Assembly (NCBI RefSeq): GCF_009914755.1
Contig: NC_060928.1
Length of the DNA stretch: 64,000 nucleotides
Source of the DNA: the human T2T-CHM13v2.0 reference genome, Homo sapiens
Direction: 5' to 3' (one strand)
The notes under the pieces are model-generated. The model saw only the letters and a list, made by a program, of their open reading frames with translations, was not told the DNA's origin and searched no databases. Position numbers and translations under genes: made by a program. The first letter of the stretch is position 1. The number at the start of each line of letters is the position of its first letter. Shown in pieces: positions 46,947 to 60,099 of the stretch.

Positions 46947-47340
46947 AATAAAAATGTCAAGGATTTAATGAGAAGTATAAAGAGAAGTATAATATGAGAG
47001 AAATAGATAGTAAAATAATATCAAAATTAAACTTCTAGAAATGAAAACTAAGATAGCTGAAATAAAAATTTCACTGAATGGGATTAAAAGCAGATAAGAC
47101 ACTGCAGAAGAAAAGATCAATGAACTTGAAGGTGTAACAGTAGAAAACATACAAAATACCAAGAGAAAAGGAGGTTTTACAAAAGTAAACAGTGTCAGTG
47201 ATTTTGGTGACATTAACAAGTCATTTAATATATAATTTGAGTTCCAGAATTAGATGGTAGGAAAATTGAGGGTCAGAAAAACTGTTTAAAGATGTAAGGC
47301 CAATGTTTTCCCCACAAGCTTTATGAAAACAATACTCCCA
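46947..47340 (+). mobile_element. Continuation of the old L1M ORF1 fragment
   Basis: ttcactgaatgggattaaaagcagataagacactgcagaagaaaagatcaatgaacttgaag. Confidence 0.75.
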
Positions 47341-47580
47341 TGATCTCGACTCACTGTAACCTCTGCTTTCTGGGTTCAAGCTATTCTCCTGCCTCAGCCT
47401 CCCGAGTAGCTGGGATTATGGGCACCCACCACCACACCCAGCTAATTTTTTTGTATTTTTAGTGGAGACAGGGTTTCCCTATTTGGCCAGGCTGGTCTTG
47501 AGCTCCTGACCTCAAGTGATCCACCTGCCTGTGCCTCCCAAATTGTAGAGATTACAGGCATGAGCCACCATACCCAGCCT
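47341..47580 (-). mobile_element. AluSx/Sz-like, lacking its 3' end and A-tail
   Basis: Begins abruptly at tgatctcgactcactgtaacc with no poly-T; ends gccaccatacccagcc. Confidence 0.9.
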
Positions 47581-48663
47581 CAAATTGATCTTATATTTAA
47601 CTAATTATACATGTGTAATAATGATAAAAATGAGAGGAGGCAGAAGAGAAGACAGTAATTACTATTTTGGGATATGCTGTGCCTGGCCCTTTGCTAAATG
47701 CTGTTACATATAATATCTCATTTAATCTTCCTAGCAAATACATTTGGTAGCTACTATATTTATTATCATTTTTCAGTCACAAAAGATGAAATTGAGAGAT
47801 ATTATGTAATTTGTTAAAGGGCATAGAGAAGAAAGTGACAAACCAGAGATTTAAAATTATGTCAGTCTGAATTCAAAAGCATCCCATTATACTATCTCCC
47901 AGATGCAAAAATCTATAAGCATGAATACTACTTCAGAATTTACTTTTAGCATAAGCTTTACATTTAAGAAATGTTCTAATTTTTTGTTTTATATTCTTTG
48001 TCACATATAATTTAGCCTCTTTAAACTGTTCTATAAATTTAGATAATTTTCTATAATCAGAAAACAGGCTACCACCTATATACAAAAATAAATGGTATGC
48101 CATGTTGATCCTAGAACATTTTCTAGGGTCAAGAGAGTAGTAAAGCTACTGTTTAAAATAAAATGGTTTAGTTAATATGTATGTTCATGTGTTTTTATCT
48201 AAACAATCAAGAAATGATGATGAAGAGATAACATGTTTGAAAAAACCCTGAAAATTTTTTAAACATAAATGCTGTAGCCAAATGAAAAAAAAGTTATCAT
48301 GTAACTATGAAATACTTAACTACAATATTGCACTCCCAGCATTATTATTGTTGCTACTTAATGGAATAACAACAGTAATAGTATCTTCTTAAATTCAAAT
48401 TCCTAAATATAAAGCTAGAAACATAATAGGTCTAGTGCATCTTTACTACAGGACACTTTTTTTTTTTTTACCTTATACATTGATAGTGCAATGTATGTGA
48501 TAAATGCATTGGTAATGCAAATATATAATTATTATTATGTGCTATTCAAATTTTCATCAAAAATAGATAAATACTTTGACTTTAATCAAAATTCTTAATG
48601 ATAGTGTGAACATTTTTAAATTTGTGTTCTCCAAAGCTTTGTTAAATAATTTATCAGATTAGA

Positions 48664-48706
48664 GCAAAAGTAATTGTAGTTTTTGCCATTACTTTTAATG
48701 ACAAAA
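48664..48706. mobile_element. Truncated MADE1 (Hsmar1 MITE) fragment
   Basis: gcaaaagtaattgtagtttttgccattacttttaatgacaaaa matches the MADE1 core; both termini missing. Confidence 0.8.
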
Positions 48707-49295
48707 TTGACTTGCTAAGAAAAAGAATAACTCTTTCTTCTTTTAATTAAGTATAGTGCTTATTAGGAACTTAAAGTGGATCCTTCTTTTATATTGTGGA
48801 GATCAGGTATGCTAATAGAAGACAGAGAAAGCCCTTTGACAGGAAATAAAATCCTGAATATTTTATAGATAATCAGCAGTACTGCAAGGGCTTCTGCTGT
48901 CTTTTATCAATCTGACTTTGTTTGGGCGCTGAGATCTGCTGGTAGGTGAACTAGAGTAGGAGGTTACCATCATAGAATATACTGTACATACTAGTTCAAG
49001 TTTAAACATCTTTGGTTTCAACAAAGGGTAGGCAATCATTGCTTAAAATAGATGTATTAACATTTTATTTTTACTTATGATGTAGGGGTCGGCAGGAAAT
49101 GCATTGGGACTACATTTGAAGACTTAGCTACACACACATAGACACATACACACCCATGAGATAGTCATCTATATTCAGATCTTCTTTGTTACGAATAAGT
49201 GAATTATTTCCTTTATTTCAAAATTATTGCACTAATATGAATTATTATTTAATTCTTCGTTGCCAATAATAATATACTTTGCTTTTCTTTTTCAG

Positions 49296-49340
49296 GGTTT
49301 AAACTTGAAAAGACTAGAGACAGTACAAGGAGGGAGAGAG
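49296..49340 (+). other. Candidate 45-nt cassette microexon of an unidentified plus-strand host gene
   Basis: Acceptor ctttgcttttctttttcag|G, donor GAG|gtaaga, length divisible by 3, two open frames (GLNLKRLETVQGGRE or xFKLEKTRDSTRRER), no AG between 49200 and 49293. Confidence 0.55.
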
Positions 49341-52300
49341 GTAAGAATGTTTAAAGAAGAGGGGTGGGAAAAAGAGGAAACATGGCTATGGTGTTGCAGT
49401 GATGTGGTGATGGTGATTGACGATAATTACGTTGATAATGGAAATGGAGATGCATTGAAGAGAATGTTGTCTGCATATGGCTCTGTTCATTCTGCCAAAG
49501 CATATTTTACATGTTTATGTAAATGTGTTATTTGTGCTTGTTCCTCTGAAGCTAAAGAAAATGTTGTTTCTCTGATTAGGCAAGCATTGTTTCTGTTATA
49601 ATGGATTTCTGTAGCAGCAGGTCCTTTCACAGGGGGCAGAAACATTACAATGCAATTTTTAAAACTGACTTACTGAGAAGTTAACAAAATTCTAACAATG
49701 CAAATATTTTATGACATTTGGGATTCCTCATTTTCCTGTCAAAGGCTTTTGGCATATGCTACTAGGTTGGTATGCATTATTAGAGAGTATGAAGTTGCTC
49801 TGGTAAAGCTAGTAATTTTAAAACTAACTGAATGTGAAGACTTAACATCACTTAATTTTTTTTCCCTGCTAAATGTATAAATGCTGTACTTAACTCTGTG
49901 ATTCAGGTTGCTGGGAGTTGTGGGAAGGGTGGAATATTTAATTCAGTAAATCAAAACATTCTAACTGCACAAAAAAAATCATTTTTGATGATACTTATAT
50001 TGCAATTTTTGTACAAAAGTGAAGGTATTTTGTTCTATACAAATGAGGAAAAAAATCTTACTGTCCTCTCCATTTGTAGCTTCCTTTCTGTATAAACAGA
50101 TTTCTTCCCTATAGTGGTGCTTGCCAGCTTTCCTTTATGTTTTAATTCCAGTTGCATGATTTTAGTATTTGACATTTTAGTTCCTAGTGAATTTGTCATT
50201 TAAGGTCTCTTTCCATTTTCTCAGATATTTTCCATCCAGAAAAATCTATTTTTATTTAGGAACACATAAAGTTGGTTCACATTGATGGAAGAGCTAGATG
50301 AAGTGAAACATAGATAAATCTTTAGATATTTTTCATGTTGTAGGAGAGCAAGATGATAAGAATATGGTCATCAGTATGACTGGGGAAAAAAGGCACTTCA
50401 TAAGGAAGATCTCAGAACCTTTTACAGCTTTGTGAGAATGACTGCTTTCATTCAGATGTAACCAAAATGGATCTACTTATAGAAAGAACTAAACTGATCA
50501 CCTCCTAAAGTGAAAGTTTTCATCCGAGCAGTACTGCTACAATTTATTTCTGCTGATTTAGTGCCTTTAGGGACATACTAAGTGGAGTTACTCGGCTTCT
50601 CCTTGCTGCTTCCTGGTCTAATAGCAACTTTGTGTCAAAAGAAGGAAAACTGAAATCTATATATCCGTACGATGGCATTGCTAAATGGTGCCAAATTCTG
50701 CATTTGTTTTACTAAGATTTTTATAGTTTTTAATGTTATTTTTAAATGCATAATGATTGGGTTTTATTGAAAGAGTGGCTCTTAAATCATATTGCTTATT
50801 TTTCTAACGTCCTTTGATTTTATTTTTATTATAAGTGTACTTATAAGTAAGGAACATGGTAAAATGTGTTTAAATTAATTTTAGAAGTATATTGTTCTCA
50901 AAACTATTTTGTGATTTCTCTGAAGGTCAAAATTGTAATAATTTACAATTTAATGTATACATCTCCATAGAAGGGACAACACTGATTTTGGCCTTCTCCC
51001 TCAGGGTAGTGGAATAATTGTAAAAAGCTAAGATCATCAAATTAACCATAATCCAGTAATGTCTTCTCCACTTGACATCTCTAATTCATGACCAGAAAGT
51101 AAATGTCAACTATTAAAATTCAAAACAACTACTTAACTTCCACTTAGGGCAGCACTGGGTTACTTAAGCATATTTCTATTCAATGTAACTACTTACCTTA
51201 ACTTTCCCTGTGACTAAGAGGCCTAGTATGTTCTAAGATAAGAAACTTCAGGGAGGTATAAGACAATTAGGTGAAGTATGTTGTAAAAACTGTTCTTTTC
51301 AAGTCTCAATGGTAGATGACCTGTAAACAAAGAGTACAATTACTATGTTAAGGACCTTGTGATCTCACTTGCTTAAGAAATGGGACGTGTATGTATCTAA
51401 TTTCCATTTGTTATGTTCTAGGATGTGTGTGCATAACAAGATGTACAATGTAATTCTGATTATGTTAAATTGAAATGTGAGGGTTTAGAAAACTCTTACT
51501 CCAAATGATTTCTTAGAATTTCTCATTGTAATGCTATTATGATTGATAAATGACAATAATTGTTTATTATGATGAATTAATTTCTTAGTTCAAATGACAG
51601 CTATTCCCCATAGGTGTTGATGGATGCAATATCAAGGGCTTATTACCAAATATTTATAAGAAGATTTAAGAAGTGTCATTTAAAATGTTCTATTTACTTA
51701 TTGAAGTAATGAAAACAGAGTATTCATAGAAAATGAAGTAGACAGTAATATGCTATTTAGCTAAGTGGTAAATACCATTAAAAAACGAATTGCCAGACAG
51801 GAAGGCTAGATTTGAAACTATATGCTGTATAAAAATATAAGTTAAGGAGAAGTGATTAAAATGTAAATTACTTTTCTGAAGGAAATAGAGATAGGTAACA
51901 CCTAAATTGCTAAATTGTGAAATATACAAAAATAGTTATTAGCTGTATGAAATAACCCCATTTATATTGGTATTTTTACATTTTTATACGTGCATATTGT
52001 GTATACAATTTGAGGGGGCTGATTATAATAGATAATAAAAAGCTTGTTTAAAAAGGGAGATTAGTAGAATGCTATACAAAATGTGATTGTTTAACAGATA
52101 TTTCTAACTGATTATAAACAATTTTCTTGCATCCAGTGGGATTTTGCAACTCATAGAAAAACCTCAGTGAAATTCACTGGGTAAGACACATAGATAAGTC
52201 ATTTTTTTTTTCATTAAGTGTGGATAATACTAAGTTACTGTAATTTTTCTTAAAAGACTTTAAAATACCTTTGTTATTTTAGGTAGTTTTTTTATTTTCC

Positions 52301-52343
52301 AAAGGCCAGTTTTTGTTTAAGTATTAAAGCTTCTGTGTGTGCC

Positions 52344-52835
52344 TGTAGCAGGACGAGCCATGGACAAAACCCCACAGACACCGAGGTAGTGAAGGAAGTA
52401 GCTTTTAATCAGCTGAAAGCATCAGCAGACTAGCATCCTAAAATCCGAGCTTGTTGAGTGCACAATTTCTGTCCCTTTTGAGGGCTCATAACACTAAAGA
52501 TTTTACATGAAAGGGCCGTGATTGATTGAACAATCTAGGCGGTATGTGACAGGGGCTGCAAGCACCAGCAATCAGAGTGAAACAGAACAGAATGAGAAGC
52601 TTCAGAGTGTCCTTCCATACAATGTCTGGAATCTGTGGATAATATCGGTTGCTAGGTCATGGGTTGAATTTTAACTATCAGGCTAAGGTCAGGCAGGCCC
52701 AGGCCTGGTTTTGGGTCTGGTGCCTGGCTCTGGGCTGCCTGCCTTTGGTTTCACTTCCTTGTTTCTTCTTAAAGCAGGTACTGAATATAAAACAATATAA
52801 AACAATATGGGGGGATCTCTTTCTCTCTTCTTTCA
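52344..52835 (-). mobile_element. HERV-E 3' LTR (LTR2B/LTR2C-like)
   Basis: Minus strand TGAAAGAAGAGAG...CATATTGTTTTATATTGTTTTAT...GGCTCGTCCTGCTACA; PPT AAAGGTGGGAAA directly upstream. Confidence 0.9.
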
Positions 52836-52866
52836 TTTCCCACCTTTGAGACTCTCACTCATTTTA

Positions 52867-54918
52867 TTAGTGGGAATTCTCACTTTCATTTTCACTACTT
52901 ATGTCTTCCCGTGCAATAGATTGATAGTGATTCATATAATATACTTGTGCTGAAGCATTCTGGTGAACTAAGGTAATGATGAAGCTTTTTATCATTTGAA
53001 GAAGTACAGGTAGCAAACAAGGGAGTAGTAAGCAGGTTCCTATTACTATTATAACTCCTATGATAAGAGTTTTAAATCCTCCTATTGCTGGGAACCAATT
53101 TCCAAACATGGCCCCAGGATCAAATCCGTGCCACACTTGCATGGGTACATGTGCCAGTTTTGTTATATCTTTAAATATGTCTTCAACTACTTGCCCTTGA
53201 TCATCTATGTGGAAACAGAAATTAGTAAGGTTAAATTTTCCACAAACTCCTCCTTCAGCTGCTAGCAAGTAGTTCAGAACTAGTCTATTTTGGTAGATAG
53301 TATTCCTTATCTGAGTCTCTTGCTGGGCAAGAACAGTCAAGACTTGACAGGTTTTATTAGTAATAATTTCTAAAACAGCTTGCAACCGTATGATTCAGTT
53401 GAGCATGAAGATGGGGGTCCGATATCCCCATGAGCCATCTTGTGCCCAAGTGGTGGGTCCACAGTATTGTATAATTCTTTCAGGGGGCCATTCATCATCT
53501 TTCCAGTTACCTATGGCTATGCTTCATTTTTCGCAGGAAGCATAGACAGGGAATCCTAGGAGTTTGTCTGTTTTTATGGGCAGTAGGAAGAAAGGTGGTG
53601 TAATAGTGCCAATTACACAGCTACCTGTCCACTGATCAGGTGGCTTAGCATAGGCTCTATGTCCACATATCCAGTATAACCTGCTGGGGGCAATCCAGTC
53701 CTGGTGGAATTCTGGGTGGGCTCAAACAGTCTGCAATTTTGGAAATTTACTGAATGGATTTCTTTCTGTGTAATTGGAACTCCACCATGTAACTGTTTTT
53801 GTGGTACCATTATACAGTTTTTGTCCAAGACACCTAAGCCTTACTACAGGATGAGTGAATTCTTTTCCTTCTCTAGCTATGCAATATTGTCCAATAATTG
53901 AGGCTTTTAGAACCCAGAAATTGTCAGGGTGGTTCTTTTGGGCTGGGAATTCATCAGGAACTGGGTCTGCAGGAACTAATTCTTGGGCTTCCCATGGCCA
54001 TTGATCTCCTGTTACAGTTCCTCCACAAACATACCATTAAGTGACTTAGACACTGAGCTACATGCTCGGCTAATTGCAAAAACAAATTTCTAGTTTTTCC
54101 TGGAATTTCAGGTACTGGCACATTTAGTTCATCATAGAAAGTCTGAAATACTGGCTCTGGAGAGCATTTTCGAATCTCTCCTTTTATTAAAATATTTACC
54201 TCAGGGTCTAGTCCTTTTCCATCAATGCCTGGAGATACGTACTCTCCTTTTCTCCATTTTGGGTCCAAGGGGTTTGTGATTACTAATTCTTAAAGGTTGC
54301 AGCTTCCACTCATGCAGGAGGGGCTTCCTTTCCCTTTTTGGAGCCAAACAGGATCTTCTTCATCCTTTTCCCAAGTAGCCCAAATGACACATGACCAGTA
54401 CCCACATTTTTTTCCACACAATCCTACAGATGTACTTATTTTCGGTCATGTATCTTTTTTCCCAATTAAAAGAGCCACATCCTGCTCCTAGCTTATTTCT
54501 ATTAATGACAGCACAAGCGTCAAATTATAAGATTATGCGTTTGGGCACCCCTTTTTCTTCTGTTCTGGCTAATACTTTACTTGTATCATTTATGAGTCCT
54601 CACTAGTCTTCAGTCCTTAATCTGATTTCAAAAACTATGGAAATGGGAGGTTCAGAGGGGTCATAGCACACGTCGGGCTGGTCACTTCCTGGATTACAGA
54701 CTTTGTACTGAGTGTTATTATACAAACATGTTCCTTTTGGAATTACTAGGCATTCATAATAACTATAGAACAAAAAAAATTGTCTTAACGTGTTGTCCTA
54801 CCTCAGTGACCTGATATATGCACTGAAAGCAGTCCTCTGTGTGGGAAGAAGCAGTGGAAGCTTTTACCACACAAGTCCATGTTATAAGGAAAATAAGTCC
54901 CACGACTATTTTCCTCAT
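52867..54918 (-). pseudogene. env: HERV-E env (disrupted; 172-codon TM stretch still open)
   Basis: ATG at 54918 overlaps the pol stop; furin site reads CEK*; ISD-like [18 protein letters not shown]; CX6CC changed to FC; hydrophobic anchor present. Confidence 0.9.
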
Positions 54919-57900
54919 GCTTCAGCCATGCGTAGACCAGTCAGCTTCCGGGTGTGACTGGAGCAGGGCTTGTCGTCCTCCTCAGGGTTACTTTGCAGGG
55001 ATTGTCTAGGCTTGGTTTGGCCTCCCAGGTTCCAGTGGCTGCGGGCTTTATGTGGCTGTGGTGAATCCAGGCTGGAATTCCTTCTACCTTCACAGCTGTG
55101 GGAGTGGTCAGGATAACGGTCTTGGGTCCCTTCCACTGTGGCCGTAAGGGAGCTACATTTCAGTCCTTGATCCACACACGGTCACCTGGAGAAAAAGGGT
55201 GAACTGGGGAGAATAAGCTGACTGAGCACCTCTCATTTACCCAAGTTGAGATTGTCTGGGTAATTTTCCCCAAGGCCTGTAACTGTCTCTGCAATTCAAT
55301 TTCATCCAACTCTTGGGGAGTACCTGGAAGTCCTCGCAGTATAGGAGGAGGCCTATGATATAATGTTTCATAAGGGGAGTATCCTGTTTTCTTAGAGGGG
55401 GTGCACCTAATTTTAAATAATACCATAGGAAGGGCCTGTATCCATTTTAATCCTGTCTCTTGATATACTTTCCCTAAACTATTTTTGATAGTCTGATTCA
55501 TTTGCTCCACCTTTCCGGAACTGTGAGGTTGGTAGGCGGCATGTAGCTTCCAAGTGAGTCCCAATACCTTTGCTGTCCTCTGTACTAAGTCAGCCACAAA
55601 TGCTGGCCCATTTTCTGAGCCAATCCGTAGAGGCAGTCCAAACCTAGGGATGAGATCTCAAAGAAGCACATGGGTTACTTCATGAGCTTTTTCAGTTCAT
55701 GTTGGATAAGCCTCTACCCACCCAGAGTAAGTACACACTAGAACCAGTAAATACTTGTTACCTCTGCATTTGGGCATCTCTGTGAAGTCCACTTGAAGAT
55801 CTTCAAAGGGAGCTGCTCCATAGGCTTGTATGCGAGGAGGAACAGAGGGGCCTTGCTTTGCATTGTGCTGTCGACAGGTAACACATTGCTGTGCTGCTGT
55901 TTTAGCAAGAGCTGGCAAGTGTGAGATGTAGAAATACTGGCTGAACAGCTTTTCAAGTGACTCCTGGCCTAAATGGGTAGTTTCATGTACAGCCAGCATG
56001 ACTGCAGCTCCTAGCAGCTGTGGCACAGCTATTCTTCCATCTGGTAACTGTATCCACCCTTCTTTTATTGTTTGTCCTCCCTCTGCCTGAAGAAAGTCTT
56101 TTTCCTCTTTAGAAGAAGTAGGCACCAGATCAGGTGTTTGAGGGAGTAGGGGGGCTGTGACTGATGCCCGGTAAGGAGTAGATGCTGCTTTTCCTGCCTC
56201 TGTGTCTGCTCAGGGGTTTCCTTGGCTCACTGAGGTGGAAGCTCACTGGTGTCCCTTGCAATGCATGACTGCCACCTTTTGGGGTTTCCATACTGCCTCT
56301 AATAATTGTAGAATTTCTTGTTGATATTTTATGTCCTTTCCCCCGAATTTAATAGGCCTTTTTCTTTATATAATGCTCCATGTACTTGAATGGTTAGAAA
56401 GGCATATCAAGAGTCAGTATAAATGTTTACAGTCTTACCTTCACTAAGTTCTAGAGCCCGAGTTAAAGCAATGAGTTCTTCCTTCTGGGCTGAAGTGCCC
56501 TGAGGCAATGGTTTGGCTTTAATAACATCATCCAAAGTTACCACCACATATCCTGCGCATCTTTCTCCTCGTGGACTGATGAAGCTGCTCCCATCCACGT
56601 ATAACTCCCAGTCCACTGATGCCCATGGCTGGTCTCGAAGATCGAGTCTGCTAGAATACACTGAGTCCAACACTTCCACACAGTTATGTTCAACAGGGCT
56701 GTCTGATACTGGGAGTAAGGTTGCAGGATTCAGAGCGTTACAGACCTCAATGGTTATGCGGGGGTTTTCACATAGCAAGCTTTGGTACTTGGTTAATCTA
56801 GCATTTGTTAGCCCATGGTGTCCTTTGGTATTTGTTAAAGTCACCACCACATGGGGGACCTTTATACTTAAGTTTTGCCCAAGGGTTAGCTTGTCTGCTT
56901 CTTATGCTAACAGGACTGTAGCTGCCAGGGCTCTCAGACGTGGAGGCCAGCCTTTTGAAGCTCCGTCTAGCTGTTTTGAGAGGTAGGCCACTGGTCTTGG
57001 CCAGGGCCCCACAGTTTGGGTTAAAACTCCAACTGCCATTTTTTCTCTTTCTGACACATAGAGTATAAAGGGCTTTGTCAAATCTGGTAGTCCTAAGGCT
57101 GGGGCTGACATAAGTTTTTCCTTTAACTTGCAAAAGTCTTGCTGTTGCAGAGGTCCCCATTCAAAAGGCTCCCAGTTGCCCCACTTTGTAACCCCATACA
57201 ACGGTTTGGCTAGCACTGCAAAGTTTGGAATCCATAATCTGCAAAACCCCACAGATCCTAGAAATTCCCTTACTTGCCTTCTGGTTTTAGGTTTCGGTAA
57301 GCTGCAGATGACTTGCTTTCTTTCTGACCCCAGGCTGTGCTTCTCTTTCCGAATAGTGAATCCCAGGTAGCGTACCTGCTGTCTGCAGATCTGAGCTTTC
57401 TTCTTGGACATCTTATACTCACAGTCCTCCAGGTGTCAAAGCAGGGCATCCGTCCCTTTGGCATACCCATCTGCCATGGAGTGTCCTAGCAGAAGATTGT
57501 CCACGTACTGGAGCAAGACACAGCCTAGGTCTTTAGCAGGAAACTTCTGGAGGTCTCGAGCCAACACCTCCCCGAAGATGGTGGGGTAATTTTTAAACCC
57601 CTGGGGAAGCCGAGTCCAAGTGTACTGAGTAGTAACACCTGACCCCGGATCTTCCCACTGAAAGGCAAACAGCTTTTGGCTCTCAGGAGCTAGTCTGATG
57701 CTAAAGAAGGCATCCTTCAAGTCCAGACAAGTGAACCAGCTGTCCTCAGCTGGCAGCAATCCTAACAGTGTGTAAGGGTTAGGAACTGTTGGGTGTAGAG
57801 TCACTGTAGTTTGGTTAACCAAGCGTAAGTCCTGTACAGTTCGATAGTCCTTGGTCCCTGGCTTGGGGACAGGTAGGAGGGGGGTGTTCCATGGAGATTG

Positions 57901-58528
57901 TCAAGGAACTATAATCCCAAAAGCTTTCAAGCATGTAAGATGAACCTGTATTCCTTCAAGATCTTCTCTGGGAACCGGATACTGCTTTTGTCTAATTGGC
58001 TGAGCCCCAGGCTTAACTTGTATGAGTACTGGGGCTTGATTGATCGTCAGCCCTGGAGGATTGTCCTCCGCCCATACTCAGGGCCATCGCTTAGCTAGAG
58101 CCGGTTTTATCTCCTGACCTGGCTCGGTTAGAAAAAGTCTCCATTCTTCTTCTCAGGGGACTGTAAGGGCCATGATAACTCCTGTTCCTGGTAACTTCAG
58201 TTGTAAAGAGCCCTGTTTTGTAAAGGAAATGGTGTCTCTCAGCTTACTAAGCAAGTCTCTCCCTAAAAAGGCAAGGGGCAATCAGGTATATACAGAAATT
58301 GATGAGTCACTTTATGTCCTCCCACTGAGCAGGTCCAAGGTAGGCAGAAAACCTGCTTGGCGGAGACTCCCGTTGCTCCAATTATATCAATGGTTTTTTT
58401 GATAAGAGGGCCACTGGGGTGGTTACTACTGAGTGTCCGGCACCAGTATCAACCGAAAACTTAATGTCCTTGCCCCCTATTGTCATCCTGACCATGGGCT
58501 CCTTGGAGGCATTTGAGCCCGGTCCCCT
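54915..58528 (-). pseudogene. pol: HERV-E pro-pol (protease, RT, RNase H, integrase; disrupted)
   Basis: VDTGAGHS protease motif, [11 protein letters not shown] (YVDD mutated), LYVDGSS, HETTH...CVTC, QVDFTEM. Confidence 0.92.
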
Positions 58529-60099
58529 TCAGTCTAGTAGCCCTTCGAACAGATTGAACAAAGTCCCTTCGTCTTTATCTGTGGTCTTTTGCTGTGCGTC
58601 ACCTTGCTTCTCCTTTAGTTGGAGACACTTATCTTTCCAATGTCCTATTTCTTTACAGTAGGCACACTGGTTACACTGCACATGTGAGTGATTGGACTGG
58701 GCATTCCTCCTGGAACCCCCCTTTCCCTGCCCTTTGGGGGGGATCCCTCTAATTGCCACAGCCAGCAAATCAGTGTTCTGCCTGGCCTGGCCTTCACCCT
58801 CCTTATGGCTTTCTCAGCGGCTTGTTACATCTCTATTTACAAATACTTGATCAGCTATCTCCCGTAACTGCGAGGTATTCATCTCTGCAAAAACAGCCTG
58901 TTTTTGCGATTTCCTCCGGATATCTTCCATGCTTTGGCTAACTAAGGCCATGTTAATCATATGCTGATTTTCAGGACTATCCGGATCAAAAGGAGTGTAC
59001 ATACGATAGGCCTCACACTGTCTTTCATAGAATTGGTCTGGGCTTCCCTCCTTTCCTTGGATGACTTCAGAAACTTCATTTACATTGGTGGCCTTCTGAG
59101 CCCCTTTTTTCAGCCCTTCAATTAATGCCTCCCAGTATCGTTTTAACCTCTCCATATCTGGTCCTTCATTTGGATCCCATTGAGGGTCTGTTCCTGGCAG
59201 AACAATTCTTATGTATTCCTGAGGATTTTGGTAATCAGCTGGGACATGGTCCTCTAGCCATTTAGTTGCCACCTGGAGTATCCTTCACCTTTCATCTGTG
59301 TTAAAGATGTACATGAGTAGCTGGTGGTGATCAGCCCAAGTAGGATTATGAGTCTGTATAATAGTTTGGAGCAAGTCAATTAGAGCTTCAGGCTTTTCAG
59401 TGTAAGATGGAATATTATTTTTCCAATTGAGGAGGTCAGCAGAGGTGAAAGGGTAATATAAAAAGCACACCTTTCCACTGTATGTCCATCCTCATCTATC
59501 CCAGCATATTGCTGCTTTCTCAGGGGCATTTGGATTCCAGTATTGGGCCGTAAATGGGCCGCCAAGGGAGGAGTTTCTCCTGCAGCTTCTCTTCCTTTCT
59601 TGTCTACTCTGTGTGGTCTAGGGGCTGTGGGCTCAGGAGTAGGGGGCCTTTCCACTTGGTAAAGGTGGGGCACTGTTGGTGCCATCTCCTGCCATGAGTC
59701 TTCAGGCTCTGAATCAGACAGAACTTTAGGGGCTGGCTTCCCTCGGCAGGTGGAGTGAGAACTTTCCTTAACTAACTGTCCCTTTGCTACTAGTACTGCT
59801 GCTGCCTGTCCCCTTAACCACTATGGGGGATCTAAAACTAGCTGTAACCAGGAATCTATATATGGGAACTGATCTGGGTGTCCTGGCTTGCCAGTTACTT
59901 TATGCCATACCTTTGAAACCAGAGACCTGTCCAGGCTTCCTTCTGATGGCTAACTTACCTCTAATTCGGGCCAATCTATTTCACACAAAGTTCTTAGTTT
60001 TCCTGGAGTCATAGTGACTCCATAGTCTCCTTTGAATCCTTTCTTGAAATTATTTAACATAGTTCCCAATGGAGTGGGCTTACATTTTGCCTGGCCCAT
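58529..60099 (-). pseudogene. gag: HERV-E gag (disrupted)
   Basis: ATG GGC at 60099; YPFTSADLLNWK capsid motif; zinc knuckle CAYCKEIGHWKDKC; TGA at 58529 before pro. Confidence 0.9.

Noticed and set aside
49260-49601. 113-aa ORF as a standalone gene
   Set aside because: TTG start, and it runs through a polypyrimidine tract and a splice donor; only the 45-nt core looks exonic
54915-60099. Coding-competent HERV-E gag/pol
   Set aside because: Multiple stops, RT motif YVDN instead of YVDD, and no 5' LTR or PBS
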